Shown here one piece after another: positions 24,950 to 37,825 of a stretch of 64,000 nt of DNA. The position numbers were made by a program, and so were the translations under genes. The stretch is from the NCBI RefSeq assembly GCF_006345805.1, contig NC_042998.1:3038001-3102000 (forward strand), read 5' to 3'. The DNA comes from Octopus sinensis. Its lineage: Eukaryota. The notes beneath the pieces are model-generated. The model did not search any database, was not told the origin of the DNA, and saw only the letters and a list, made by a program, of their open reading frames with translations. How positions within the stretch are numbered: the first letter of the stretch is position 1; each line of letters begins with the position of its first letter.

Positions 24950-25710
24950 GGCTTGGCACTGTGGTTAGACATTTGCTTCCCCACCACATCATTTTGGGTT
25001 CAGTCCCACTGTGTGGCACCTTCGGCAAGTGTCTTCTACTTTAGCTCCAGGCCAACCAAAGTCTTATGAGAAGATTTGGTTGACAGAAACTGAAAGAAGC
25101 CCCTTGTGCATGTGTGTGTGTGTGTGTAGATATTTATTCTTTTACTTGTTTCAATCATTTGACTGCGGTCATGCTGGAGTACCGCCTTTAGTGGAGCAAA
25201 TCGTCCCCAGGTCTTATTCTTTGTAAACCTAATACTTATTCTATCTATCTCTTTTGCCGAACCACTAGGTCACAGGGATGTAAAGGCACCAGCATCAGTT
25301 GTCAAGCGATGTTGGGAGAACAAACACAGACACACAAACATGCACAAACATATACATACAACGGGCTTCTTTCAGTTTCTGTCTACCAAATCCACTCACA
25401 AGGTTTTGGTCGGCCTGAGGCTATAATAGAAAACACTTGCCCAAGGTGCCATGCAATGAGACTGAAACCAGAACCATGTGGTTGGGAAGCAAGCTACTTA
25501 CCACACAGCCACCCCTGTATATTATATACATATGTATGTATACAGGGGTGGCTGTGTGTTTGTACCCCACCATTGCTTGACAACTTAGTGGTTTGAAAAC
25601 AGAGAGCGACAGAATAAATACCAGTCTTTAAAAATAAATGCTGGGGTCAATTTGTTTGACTAAACCCTTCACAAAAGTCCTCCAGTCCAATGAGTGAAAC
25701 AAAAGATTAA
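24950..25710 (+). mobile_element. Family B SINE split by an antisense family B copy
   Basis: Head and body 24950-25130, tail 25545-25710, insert between them. Confidence 0.7.
25135..25515 (-). mobile_element. Family B SINE, full length
   Basis: cttttacttgtttcaatcatttgactgcggtcatgctggag...caagctacttaccacacagccac. Confidence 0.9.
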
Positions 25711-26149
25711 AGACAGAAGACATATTGAAGCAATTAGTTCTGCTGTTGATATAATTCACTCAAGACAAGATCAGAACAATTCCATCTTTCCTTTCATCCT
25801 TGGAACTTAATTGTGTTTCATATTCCGCAATTTTACATTAGTCAATAAAATATTGAAAGTGAAAAAAGCACTATGGAACAACCGTCATCATCATCATCAT
25901 CATCATAAAAGGAAATTTATCAAAAGAAATATGTCCTTTGTTATAACATTATCAATGCAGGCTTTAAATTATTATTTCTTTTCAGTCAGTAATTGTCTAA
26001 TCAATCAACACCTCACTACTCAACTCCAACACAAAAACAGACACACACACACACACACATAAATGTGTGTGCAAGAACAAATGAATTACCATGCTTCAAC
26101 CATCGAAATCATAAGAGATGACCATACATTCTAATAGTCCCTTTTATCA

Positions 26150-26505
26150 TATTTTTACTGGTTTCACTCATTGGACTGCGGCCATGCTGCAAGGCACTGC
26201 CCCGAAGGGTTTAGTTGAACAAATCAAATCCAGTATCTTTTTTTTTTTCTTTTAAGTCTGGTACTTATTCTATCCATCTGTTTTGCCAAACCACTAAGTT
26301 ACAGGGAGTTTTAAAAAACTAACACTGGTTTTCAAAAAGCAGGTAGAGTCAACAGGTTTCCACTCAGTTTCCTTCTACCAAATTCACTCAGAAAACATAA
26401 GTCAGCCTAGGGCTCTAGTAGAAAATATTTGCTCAAAGCACTGCACTGTGGGACTGAACTAAAAACCACAAGACTACAAAGTAAGCTTCTTAACTATGCA
26501 GCCAG
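26150..26505 (-). mobile_element. Family B SINE, diverged
   Basis: tttactggtttcactcattggactgcggccatgctg...gggactgaact. Confidence 0.75.
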
Positions 26506-26550
26506 TTTTTCCCCACTCTTTTTTTTACATTATTCTAAATAACCAGTAAA

Positions 26551-26870
26551 AGCATGAAGCTTAGTGGTTAGTGTATTCAGCTCACAATCATGAAGTCATG
26601 AGTTCAATTCCCAGTGGCATGTTGTGTCCTTGAGCAAAACACTTTATTTCACATTGCTCCAGTCCACTTGGCAGGTAAAAATGATTTGTACCTGTATTTC
26701 AAAGGGCCAGCCTTGTCACATTCTGTGTCATGCTGAATCACCCTGAGAACTACATTAAGGGAACATGTGTGTCTGTGGAATGCTCAGCCACTTGCACGTT
26801 AATTTCATGAGCAGGCTGTTCCATTTATTGGACCAACTGGAACTCTTGTCGCCGTAATTGACAGAGTGCC
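26551..26870 (+). mobile_element. Family D SINE, tail D1
   Basis: A box gcttagtggtta, B box gagttcaattccc, gtgtccttgagcaaaacactttatttcacattgctccagtcc. Confidence 0.9.
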
Positions 26871-27079
26871 AAATAGCCACACAATTTGTCTTGCAAGATT
26901 ATGGACCAAGAATCAATCCTACCGCATGGTACTTTGGACAAGGGTCTTCTACCATAACTTCAGACTGACCGATTTCTTGGAAGTGGATTTTGAAAGATGG
27001 AAGCTGTGTGTAAATTTGGCATTTACATATACATGCATATGTGTATCTCTTGCCATTGTATATCAGCAACTGATATAAA

Positions 27080-27303
27080 CATCATCATCATCATTTAATG
27101 TCTGTTTTCCATGCTAGCATGGGTTGGACAGTTTGACCAGGGTCTGGAAAACCAGGAGGTTGCACCAGGCTCCAATCTGATCTGGCAGTGTTTCTGCGGC
27201 TGGATGCCCTTCCTAATGCCAACCACTCCAAGAGTGTAGTGGGTGCTTTTTATGTGCCACTGGCACAGGGGCCAGAGGAGGCTGGCAAATGGCCATGATT
27301 GGT
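27080..27303 (-). mobile_element. Family A retroposon
   Basis: (CAT)n-ttaatgtctgttttccatgctagcatgggttggac; one hairpin module. Confidence 0.9.
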
Positions 27304-28994
27304 TGGTAAAAAAGAAGAAAAAAACTGGTACTTCATGAGCAAAAGTGCTTTGATATATTTGTTCTATATCTAGATACAGACACACCCTTGACACACTTGT
27401 GAGAAATGCAATAAACCAGTGACTGTAATATAAAATAATAGATATACAAATATGTTCATACTTTTATCAGATCTCTTGATATTTAAGGACATAATTGAAT
27501 GAAAAGTAGGCGAAAACAATGGGAAAAACAAAAATAAACGATATCTGATACTAAAGGAAAGATGTTATTGAGACCAGAGATATCATTCAATTCTATACAG
27601 ACTGGAGCGTAATATTGTCAGCGTAACAAGGTACTGCCTAATAATATTAGCTATTCAACATTAAAAAAACTGTCTCAGATAACAGGTGAAAAAAGAGCAA
27701 AGCAGCATAGTGTTGCAATAATTGAAACATAATTGTAAATTATTATGTCACTAAGTATTCATACACTGTTCTTCCTACATAAACAACAAAAAGAGCAAAG
27801 GAGCCTCAACACAGTCACTTGAACTGCTAGAAATGGCAGCCAAATATCTCTCAAACCACACACACCATAAAAGATACATTAATTAATGTAGTTCTTTCTA
27901 GGCAATAAGTCTGAATAAACAACAGGATTGTCAAATCTACTCAATCAAGGTTAATTTGAGATCAAACAAAGACACATAACAAAAGGTATTTTTGTTATTA
28001 CAATAACAGCCAAGGTAGCAAGATGGAAGAATCATCAGTAGGCCTCCTGATAAAATGGTCAATGGCATTTCTTCTGGCCTTACATCCTGAGTTCAAATTC
28101 CACTAACAATGACTTTTGCCTTTCATCCTTAAGAAGTCAACAAAATAAGCATCAGTTGGGCACTTAACCCCTTCCCTAAAATTGCTGGTCGTTGGCCAAA
28201 AGTTGAAATCATTACAGTAGCAACGACTGAGAGTGCATAAAGCTATTTTAATTTGCGACTAAAATTGAAATGGTTATTTCAACTGGAAGGATAAAATAGA
28301 TTTTTTAAATAACTAAAAAATGTTATATTTTTGTTAGATGCCATATTAATAATGTACATGTTTATATGAACTTCACAAAACTTCATGTCAACATTATTCT
28401 ATTAACAATCTTTGTTTAGATGTCTATCTTATTAGAGACCTCCCCACTAGATGTGTGTGTGTGTAAATGTAGGTATTTATATGTATATATCTGTGTATAT
28501 ATATTTAGAGAGAGAAGGGAAGAAATGACCAACAAACAGACATACATACATACATATACACTCACATATAGCATTCAGTCATTCATTTTATGTCCAGTTT
28601 TTCCATGCTCGCATGGGTTACATGAATACATATTATTGAGGCATTGTTCAACAACTGAATGCTCTTCCAGTCACTAACCGTTACCTTATATTTCAAGTAA
28701 GGAAGTTTTCATTCAACTCTTCTTCGAAAGTACACCACTACCAGATAATTTGTGGACTGGGAAATTGTTAATAAACGGGACGGTCCGTAGCTCAGCTCAG
28801 TGCAGAATGAGAACATTCGCTCTCTCTCTCTCACACAAACACACAGGCACATGATGGGCTTTGTGTAGTTTCCATCTAACAAATTCACTCACATGATGCT
28901 ACAGCAGAAGACACTTGCCCAAATTTCCGTGCAGTGAGACTGAACCCAAAAAGCCACATAGTTAACAAAGATTTATTATCCACAGAGAAGACTC

Positions 28995-29270
28995 GCCAAG
29001 CCAAGTGAAACGCATTCATGGCTGATGCCAGTGTCACATAACTGACATTCATGCTGGTGGCACATAAAAGCAACCATGTTAGTGGCACGTTAAAAAGCAC
29101 CCATTACACTCTTGGAGTGGTTGACATTAGGAAGAGCAACCAGCCATTGAAACCATGGCAAACCAGACTTGAACTTGGTGCAGCTCTCCGACTTACCAGT
29201 TCCAGTCAAACCGTGTAACCGATGCCAGCATGGAAAGCAGACACTAAATGATGATGATGATGATGATGAT
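28995..29270 (+). mobile_element. Family A retroposon, diverged
   Basis: Three ggcac/gtcac-ntaaaa units, conserved 3' end, (GAT)n. Confidence 0.8.
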
Positions 29271-29485
29271 AGGTGTATCCACGCCATCAAAAGACGATAG
29301 TGTATTGTCATTTCATATTAGTTATTACTGGATTATGAATAATGGTTTAGTGTTTCAATATATTTCTCCCTTTATTTGTCTTAGCACAACTAAAATGATG
29401 ATAAAAATATTCAGTTTTATTAGGTAATAAATGAGATTATTAATTCTTTGCTGATGCTTTTACTGCTATAGAGTCTCTCGTTTAC

Positions 29486-29542
29486 CCTGATCTTGCTGCA
29501 TGTGTAACCACTTCTCTAGGATCTCCAATTCTTCTTCATTCT
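29486..29542 (-). CDS. Candidate 57-nt phase 1-1 exon (xNEEELEILEKWLHMQQDQ)
   Basis: Acceptor taatactattcag, donor CAGG|GTAAAC, in-frame stops just outside both ends; unique sequence; no homology recognised. Confidence 0.25.
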
Positions 29543-29837
29543 CTGAATAGTATTAATCATACAAGTTTAATATTTGGTAGGACATACCACACTTTTTGAT
29601 AATAGTTTTAGGTAGCCATGCTGTCATGGGTAGACACACATTTGGTCTGTCACTGAATGTGTGAGGTGAAGGGAGAGAGGGCTGCGTGAATACTCAGCTG
29701 GTACTCATTTCAGCTGAGTAGAATGGGAAATGAAGTGCTTTGCTCAAGGACTCTATACACCATCTGGTCCACGAATCAAACCTTTGACCGTATGAGCATC
29801 AGCTCATACAGGTCATGCACTTTCATATACATTATAC

Positions 29838-29878
<41 letters not shown>

Positions 29879-32034
29879 TTTACTGTTCTGTTATAGGTAG
29901 GATCAACAAATAAAGGAACTCCATCCACTGAGAAAGACATTATTTAATGTACAAAACAAAATAAGAGCTACCAATAGTTTCATGCCATGGAGACACGGTA
30001 ATTCAGCAACACACATAAAGGCACACAGATAGAAAATTAAATCTTTCTAATATTAATCTAAAAACAAAATACAAATTTATCTAAACTTCTGTCTCAAACT
30101 GCAATGATTTACTTATTTAGCAATAAGTAATTTTAGTTCAAGTTGAATCAAGATTAACGACCAACTGAATATTGTACGACTTGTGAATATAACTCCAGTA
30201 ATGATATAAGCTTTGCATTCTTTTTTTTTTATTGTGCTAACATATGTTTGCAATAGTTCACTTTCAAAAGGTCAGTGAACAGTATTTATTTATCAAAAAA
30301 TACATTTAGAAACGTAATCAACTTAAAACAGAGCTTATGTAATAAGCAAGAAAAATTGTTTTGGTAACATCCTTTGTATGTATTCGGATAAAATCTCATT
30401 GTCTTGGACTAAAGTCTAAGAAGGTTACTCTACTTACAGTTAAAGTTTTTTGCGAAAGTCATAATTCTATAAAAACAACTGTTAGCAACATATATATATA
30501 TTAAAATATCCTGTTATAAGCCGATCTGCAGGTGAAATTTTTGAATGGGTCCATCTACTTTTATGAAAAAGCTTCAATTCTGAGATTAAACAGAAAATCA
30601 AACTCTATGTCATTTATATGGCTATAAATACATTTACGAGGTAGGAAACTTTTCCTTTATAGGAGATGTAATGTGATTTTTTTTTTTTAATTAAAACCAG
30701 TGTTTTGGTATTCTAATATATATTTTCTTTTAGTACTTAATGAGAAAATGGTCTTTTTTTTTTTTTTTTTTTTTTTTAGTTTGTTTTTTAAGAAAAAAGT
30801 TCAGAAATTATATTAGACAAGAATAGTATATGCAAACAGTCTGATTTAACCATTAAAACAGTTAAAATAAGAAAATCCAATGACAGCTTGTCCTAGAATT
30901 TCAGAATAAAAAATAACAGCTTCATAATGAATGCAACGGGACAAAATATATTTTAAAGAATAATTCTTAAGAAAAACTTGATATAATTATTGTATTAGAA
31001 ACAAACTATTCTATCAGCATCTTGCAATTTTAAAGAACACAATAAAAATTAGGTGGTTTGGATTTAGAAATTTTAAATTATACTTAAATACAAGAAATAA
31101 AATATTTACATTTTAATTCATAAAAATCTGAAATTCTTTTTCTTTTAGTTACTTGGTTCTTAATACTGAAAATGAGAATATTTAAAAATTTACCTTTTTT
31201 GTCCATCATCAACCACAGAGAGAGGCAAGACCAAATGTTATCTGGTCATTTGATAGTTGAGAAATGAACTCCAATTTTCCTTTAGTAAAATATTTCTCTT
31301 CTCACAGAGATCTGAATTCAAGAAAATATTTGAATTAGTAATGGCTAACAATAGGATAATTTAAAAATTTATAAAATATTTTGAAAATTCTTTTCAAATA
31401 TTCCTTTTCATAAAATAAATTCTTCAAATTAAATATTCAGATCTCAAGTAAGAAATACTAAAAACTAACAACACGTTTAAGAGAAAATAAAGACCAAGTT
31501 GTAAATATTTTTGTTGATTCACAATACATATAGAAAAAACTTAAGTTTTTATCACAAATATCTTTTCATAAACACCACTACCTTTCCGAGGTGGATCAAG
31601 CTGGTTTGTAAAATGGCTTCTTGTCTATTGCTTTCTTTTACTTTAAATGTCTTAACTAAATCCTACTGAGCTATCTTTTGTTGCTTCTTTTTCTTTTTCC
31701 TACACCAACCCCAAAACATTTCTTTATGAAGCTACTTTTTAGAACGCATTTTAATCACCCACTCATAATACCAAAACCTCCCACCAAGTAAGCTCATGCT
31801 TCTAATCCCCTGTCACCTTCTTTGCTTAAACAATTAACAACAGATCACATTTATTCAGAAGCTTCTTTAAACTATTCTAAGTTTTAACCAAAATATTTTT
31901 AATATTCCAAGTACTACTAAACCTATTTGAATAACAAAACAAGTGCGACTGTAGCGAGATCATCAATACTAAATGTCTGATATATTAACAAAATCAACTG
32001 AAGTTGTACAGTTTGACTGAGCTGATTTTGCTGC

Positions 32035-32352
32035 TGAGACCATCTTCAATCATGACTAACCATGGGATTGCACCTAGAAAGTTACTCTCCCAGGCACAAG
32101 TCCGGGCAAGGTTGTTTTATGGAAGACCAGCAGTCGGCCATGCATACCGGCCTCCCCTCTCAACGCCACCAGTGTTATCCATGGGAAAGGCAAAGGGGCC
32201 GATACAGCTTGGCACCTGTGACGTTGCAGCTGAGTGAACAGGAGCAACGTGAAATAAAGTGTCTTGCTCAAGAACACAACACACAGCCCGGTCCGGGATT
32301 CAAACTCACAACCTCACGATCGTAAGTTTGACACTCTAACCACTGAGCTTCA
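32035..32352 (-). mobile_element. Family D SINE, tail D3
   Basis: Near identity to 14514-14852. Confidence 0.9.
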
Positions 32353-32814
32353 CTAAACCAATATTATTCACTGGTTTGAAAAGCTACCAGAATCATTCGA
32401 ATGTCAGACAAAATGTAAAGCAGCAGTTTTTCTGACTCTTTGTTCTGAGTTCAAATTCCAGGGAGGTAAAATAAAGTACTGGTAAAGTATTGGGGTGGAT
32501 GTAATGGATTTTCCTCCTTCCCTAAAGTTGCTGACCTTGTGCTAAAATTCGAAACCATTATTATTATTCAGTAGTCTTATTTTGTCATGAATATTCAGTT
32601 ATTCAATTCACTTATGGTAATGGAAGCAGAATAATTTGTAGGGGCAATTATATCATGCTAATTGTTTCACAGATCACTAAGCTTGGCAAACAATGTACAA
32701 TAATATAGCAGCTGATAACCTCAATACAGTTTTTATACACACCTACATGATTCACTGCATAGCAATAAAAGTCAATCTTAAGACTCAAGGTATGTCATCA
32801 TCCCCATAATGATC

Positions 32815-33270
32815 ATCATCATCATTTTAAGTTCATTTTCCAATGCTTGATAGAATAAATGAGTCATCTCCAGTGCAACATCTTGCCCCTTTTTGTGGTC
32901 CCTTGTATTCTCCTTTGTGACGTTCAACCTTCTAAGATTGCACCCAAGTTTCTCCCAATCTTTCCAGACATGACTTTTAATTTTTATGGTCCTTTTTTTC
33001 TATATCATTCCATCACCATGCCATCAATCCATCTGGCTAGTACCTTACTCCATCCAAAGATCCAGTATGTGGCTGGCAGCAGACTCACTCATAGAAACCC
33101 CATCAGTTTACCTCAACATTATCAATCAATCACTCACTCACTCTCTCTCTCTTCCCACTTCTTGTCATACATATCAACTTCTATTTCTTTGAACACACAT
33201 CTGATTGAGGACCCTTTCAGCTTCTGTAAATCTCACAAGACTGTCTTGCTGCCTGGAGTCCAGGTTGTTG
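32815..33270 (-). mobile_element. Possible decayed RTE 3' end running into a family A-like tail
   Basis: Minus-strand RWIDG-like peptide; ends aagcattggaaaatgaacttaaaatgatgatgat. Confidence 0.35.
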
Positions 33271-33960
33271 ATGACTAGTCTATGTTGAGATATATATTAG
33301 TCATCAGAGAAACATTTAACATTCCTAACTAGTAGCTTCTTCTGTCCCTGTAGAGTAAGAAGTCTATTTGGCTATCATATTCACTTAATTTGTAGATGAT
33401 CAGGTGGTTGGCCAATTTTTTTGAGGTTAATGTTGCAAATGGTTAAGGCATTTCCATCATAGAACTACAAGAGCCTTTATCCCCACCTTCCATCTATCAT
33501 ATTGTATCAATAGTTTCCATGTACACTGAAAGAACCATCTTCGTGTCACCTGACATGTCCATTAAAATTATGAGCCATGATAGATGAGGTCACTATCCTT
33601 TGCTATTGATATATCATTGTCTGTTTTTGTATGTTTGTACCTGTTCATAAATATGTTAATTGCATACATTAAAAAAAAACGAACATTTAAAACAAATTAT
33701 GCTAATTCAATGTCTTGATACTAAATATGTAATCAGCAAAATGCAAAAATATTTCGTATATATCAGATGCTAAATTGATCGCAAATTTGAGATCAGAGTG
33801 ACCTTCTACTAGTCTAGTTGCTCAAAAGCTACAGAGCCCAGACTGCCCGATGAGTAAGTAGATGCTAAAGAGACTGTCAGCAACCACAAACCTGATTTTT
33901 TTAATCAGAGTTTTCCTTCTCCTAGATGGGTTGGCCCCACCATGGCTAAAGAGCCCCATA

Positions 33961-34515
33961 CATCATCCTCCTCGTTTAACATCCGCCTTCCATGCTAGCA
34001 TGGGTTGGACGATTTGACTGAGGGCTGGCGAACCAGATGGCTGCACCAGGCTTCAATCTTGATCTGACAGAGTTTCTACAGCTGGATGCCCTTCCTAACA
34101 CCAACCACTCCGTGAGTGTAGTGGGTGCTTTCTATGTGCCACCAGCACGGGGCCAGTCAGGCGGTACTGGCAATGACCTCGCTTGATTCTTTTACACATG
34201 CCATGGCACGGGTGCCAGTAAGGCAATGCTGGTAACGATCACGCTCGAATGGTGTCTTTTACGTGCCACCGGCACAGAGGCCAGATAGTCACTCTGGCAA
34301 CGATCACGCTCGGATGGTGCTCTTAATACCCTACTAGCATGGGGCTCGAGTGCCAGTAGTGCGACGCTGGTAACAATCACACTCGAATGGTGCCTTTTAA
34401 GTGCCACTGGCACAGAAGCCGGTTAGCTTCTCTGTCAATGATCACACTCGTATGGTGCTCTTTGTACTCCGCTAGCACGGACGCCAGTCATCGAATTTGA
34501 TTTTGATTTTGATTT
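33961..34515 (-). mobile_element. Family A retroposon, long version with six hairpin modules
   Basis: Consensus 3' end at 33961-34120, module array at 34116-34500. Confidence 0.9.
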
Positions 34516-34577
34516 TACATATATGTTTACACACACACACACATTGCACCAATTGCACACATTGCAAGTAAATTGCA

Positions 34578-34816
34578 CCAATCCGACGTGGCCGTTGCCA
34601 GCCTTGCCTGGCACCTGTGCAGGTGGCACGTAAAAAGCACCCACTACACTCACGGAGTGGTTGGCGTTAGGAAGGGCATCCAGCTGTAGAAACACTGCCA
34701 GATAAGACCGGAGCCTGGTGCAGCCTTCTGGCTTCCCAGATCCCCAGTCGAACCGTCCAACCCATGCTAGCATGGAAAACGGACGTTAGACGATGATGAT
34801 GATGATGATGATGATG
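34578..34816 (+). mobile_element. Family A retroposon, near consensus
   Basis: One module, conserved 3' end, (GAT)n; CpG-rich. Confidence 0.92.
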
Positions 34817-35580
34817 ACACACAGAAACACATGAAGAGGGACGCTTGAAAGCATTCAATGATGGGTTATAAATCACAGATACTAAGAAAGAATGTAAATA
34901 TAAACATTGAACCTATTTGTACCATTAACTAAAACGATATGATGATAAAAAAACATTTCTCTCCAACTCATTTTTTAATCACCTGGTCGTGCCCATAACG
35001 GGGCAAAGGCTATATTTAAAAACGTCAAGATTACTATTAAGCTCACCATTAATCACCATTAAACTAATTTATAAATAGTCGTACATATTAGCATTAGAAA
35101 CATTTTTTAATATTGCTGGATTAAACAGCTTTTGAAAACCAAATAACAAAGTCATGTATTTGAACTGTTTTTTTTTTATAATCTTTTTCTTTTATATCAA
35201 ATGTCAGTACAAATGAATATAGAATTCTTTTCATCTTTGAAAACTTCCTTCTTTCTCTCTTTCTTTTATATTCACAATGGATATATTCTTGGGGCTTGAA
35301 ATAAATGTTCAAGCAATTACTTGTTCGTTTATATTATGGTCACATGAACTTCATTAAAAAAATATATACATACATAAAAAAAAAAAAGAAGATAGTAACA
35401 TGTGATAATATCATTAAATGCTAACACAACAGAATTTGCCAGCCTGGTTATTATAATAACTAGTACATGGCCTCTTGATTTAAAAACAGAATAGATATTT
35501 GTTTGTTTGAAATATAGCTATAATAAATAGATAAATAAAAAAGACAACACAATTTTGAAATTATGTATATATATATATAT

Positions 35581-35885
35581 CACCGTGACTGACCAGGCTA
35601 TCAGATGTTGCTACACATCGCTGGTCACAATGCGCTTCGCATTGTTTTAGCCTTCAAATGACGCCACCCTGCTGGCTAAGCGAGCAGGCCAACAGAAGAA
35701 AGAGTGAGAGAAAGTTGTGGAGAAAGAGTACAGCAGGGTTCGCCACCACCCCCTGCTGGAGCCTCGTGGAGCTTTTAGGTGTTTTCGCTCAATAAACACA
35801 CACAACGCCTGGTCTAGGAATCGAAACTGCGATCCTACGACCGCGAGTCCGCTGCCCTTAACCACTGGGCCATTGCGCCTCCACA
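35581..35885 (-). mobile_element. tRNA-derived SINE, family E, full length
   Basis: On the minus strand, A box tggcccagtggtta and B box ggatcgcagtttcgattcc; head shared with 40255-40495 and 62805-62978. Confidence 0.85.
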
Positions 35886-35904
35886 CATATATATATAAAA
35901 GTAA

Positions 35905-36246
35905 ATGACATCCTTCGGTCACGAATGACATGACCATGGGATTGCACTTTGAAAGTTCCCCTCTGAGGAACAAATCCTGGCTAGGTTGTTTATGGAAGAC
36001 CAGCAGTCACCTGTGCATACCAGTCTCTCCTCTCCACGCCACCGTTGTTGTCTAAGGGAAAGGCAAAGGCCAATGCAGCTTGGCACCAGTGACATCGCAA
36101 CTCATTTCTACAGCTGAGTGGACTGGGGCAATGTGAAAATAAAGTGTCTTGCTCATGAACACAACACACAGCCCAGTCCAAGAATTGAACTCATAACCCC
36201 ACAATTGTAAGGCCAACACTCTAACCACTGAGGCATGCATCTTCAC
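35905..36246 (-). mobile_element. Family D SINE, tail D3
   Basis: Similar to 14514-14852. Confidence 0.88.
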
Positions 36247-36656
36247 GCACATACATACATATATATTATATCACGATTATCATTATCTACATGATTCCAA
36301 GCCTTGCTGCTGCACCAAAGACATGGGTCTTCACTCCCATCAATATTAAATTAATGACCCTATGGACCTCCCAGTTTCTGAAGGTACAGCATCCACAGAA
36401 CCTATCACATAAGAGAATGATGAATGTGTTATACAGTGTCTAGCACATGTAATCCTAGCAAAGCTCATTCCTTTCCAGATCCCACAATAGCCAACTTCGT
36501 CCAGAGAGAAGAAAGGGGGGGAGACAGCAACTAATGTTTTATTTATTGACCCAAAGAGAATGAAAAGCAAAGCTAAACAGCGTGATTTGAACTCAGGCTA
36601 CAAAGAGCTGAAATCAGGCATCTTATCCAATACCCAAACAACTCTGCCAATTTGCA

Positions 36657-36691
<35 letters not shown>

Positions 36692-36811
36692 CATACACAC
36701 ACAGAAAAAAAGAGAGTGATGTGATGTGATGATTGTTTTTTTTTTTTCTTTTCTTGTTTTGTTTTGTTTTTGGTGGGGGTTTGCTAATTAATCATCCTCA
36801 CTTCAGCTTTG

Positions 36812-37075
36812 TTAATTATTCTCATTTTAGTGTCCTTTGCAATCTTTCATCACACATCTTGTGACCTCTTAGGCAACTCTCCATCCTATGTGTCTCTTCC
36901 TGTTCTGTTTAGTCCAGAGGATGGAGTAAACAAGGACAGGAGTGTGACAAAAGATTTCCAGACAAAGGACACTAAAATAAGAACAATAATAAAAGCTGAA
37001 GTGAAGAAGGAATATAGAGTGCATGTGGTTAATTTGGGAGAAAAAAAGAAATGACCATCCCGAAATATCACAAGT
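36812..37075. mobile_element. Inverted fragments of the 10351-10596 MITE
   Basis: Right TIR aatgaccatcccgaaata at about 37050-37068; internal segment present in both orientations. Confidence 0.6.
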
Positions 37076-37439
37076 AATCTAATTGAAAATATAAATGTAA
37101 AGTAGGCATTCATCCCAAATCCTTTATTTTTCCATAGCATGAACACACCTGGACAAGTATAGGATAAAGTAGCATTCATTGTTAAGGAATCCCTTCTTTC
37201 TATCTATAGACAGTGTAACTTACATTTAATGAATAATTTAAAAGTAAATGTTTTTCAAAGGGCCAAAGCTGAGAAAAGTAAAAAAAAAAAAAAATAAATA
37301 AATAAAAAAGGGATCATTTTAACTTATGCTTTTATGATACAAAGTAAGACCATCTCCAACAAATGGATTTGTTGTTCTTATCACATTTCTCAGCTGAAAT
37401 GTTAATAACTTATTTAGAAGTCCAAAAGTATGTACTTGC

Positions 37440-37825
37440 TCTTTTACTCTTTTACCTGTTTCAGTCCTTTTGACTGCAGCCATGCTGGAGCACCGCCTTT
37501 AATTGAGCAAATCGACCCCAGGACTTATTCTTTGTAACACTAGCACTTACTCTATCAGTCTCTTTTGCCGAACCGCTAAGTATCGGGGATGTAAACACAC
37601 CAGCATCGGTTGTCAAGCGATGCCGGAGGGACACACACATATATATATATACATATATATATATGACGGGCTTCTTTCAGTTTCCTTCTACCAAATCCAC
37701 TCACAAGGCTTTGGTTGGCCAGAGGTTATAGTAGAAGACACTTGCCCATGGTGCCATGCAGTGGGACTGAACCCGGAACCATGTGGTTGGTAAGCAAGCT
37801 ACTTACCACACAGCCACTCCTGCGC
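37440..37825 (-). mobile_element. Family B SINE, near consensus
   Basis: cttttactcttttacctgtttcagtcc...gggactgaacccggaaccatgtggttggtaagcaagctacttaccacacagccac. Confidence 0.93.

Noticed and set aside
34116-34500. CRISPR array
   Set aside because: Variable parts are short hairpin loops inside a dispersed retroposon, repeats are degenerate, no cas genes; kept as a structural finding
34985-35015. gcccataacggggc hairpin as a Helitron 3' end
   Set aside because: No CTRR terminus and no matching 5' end found
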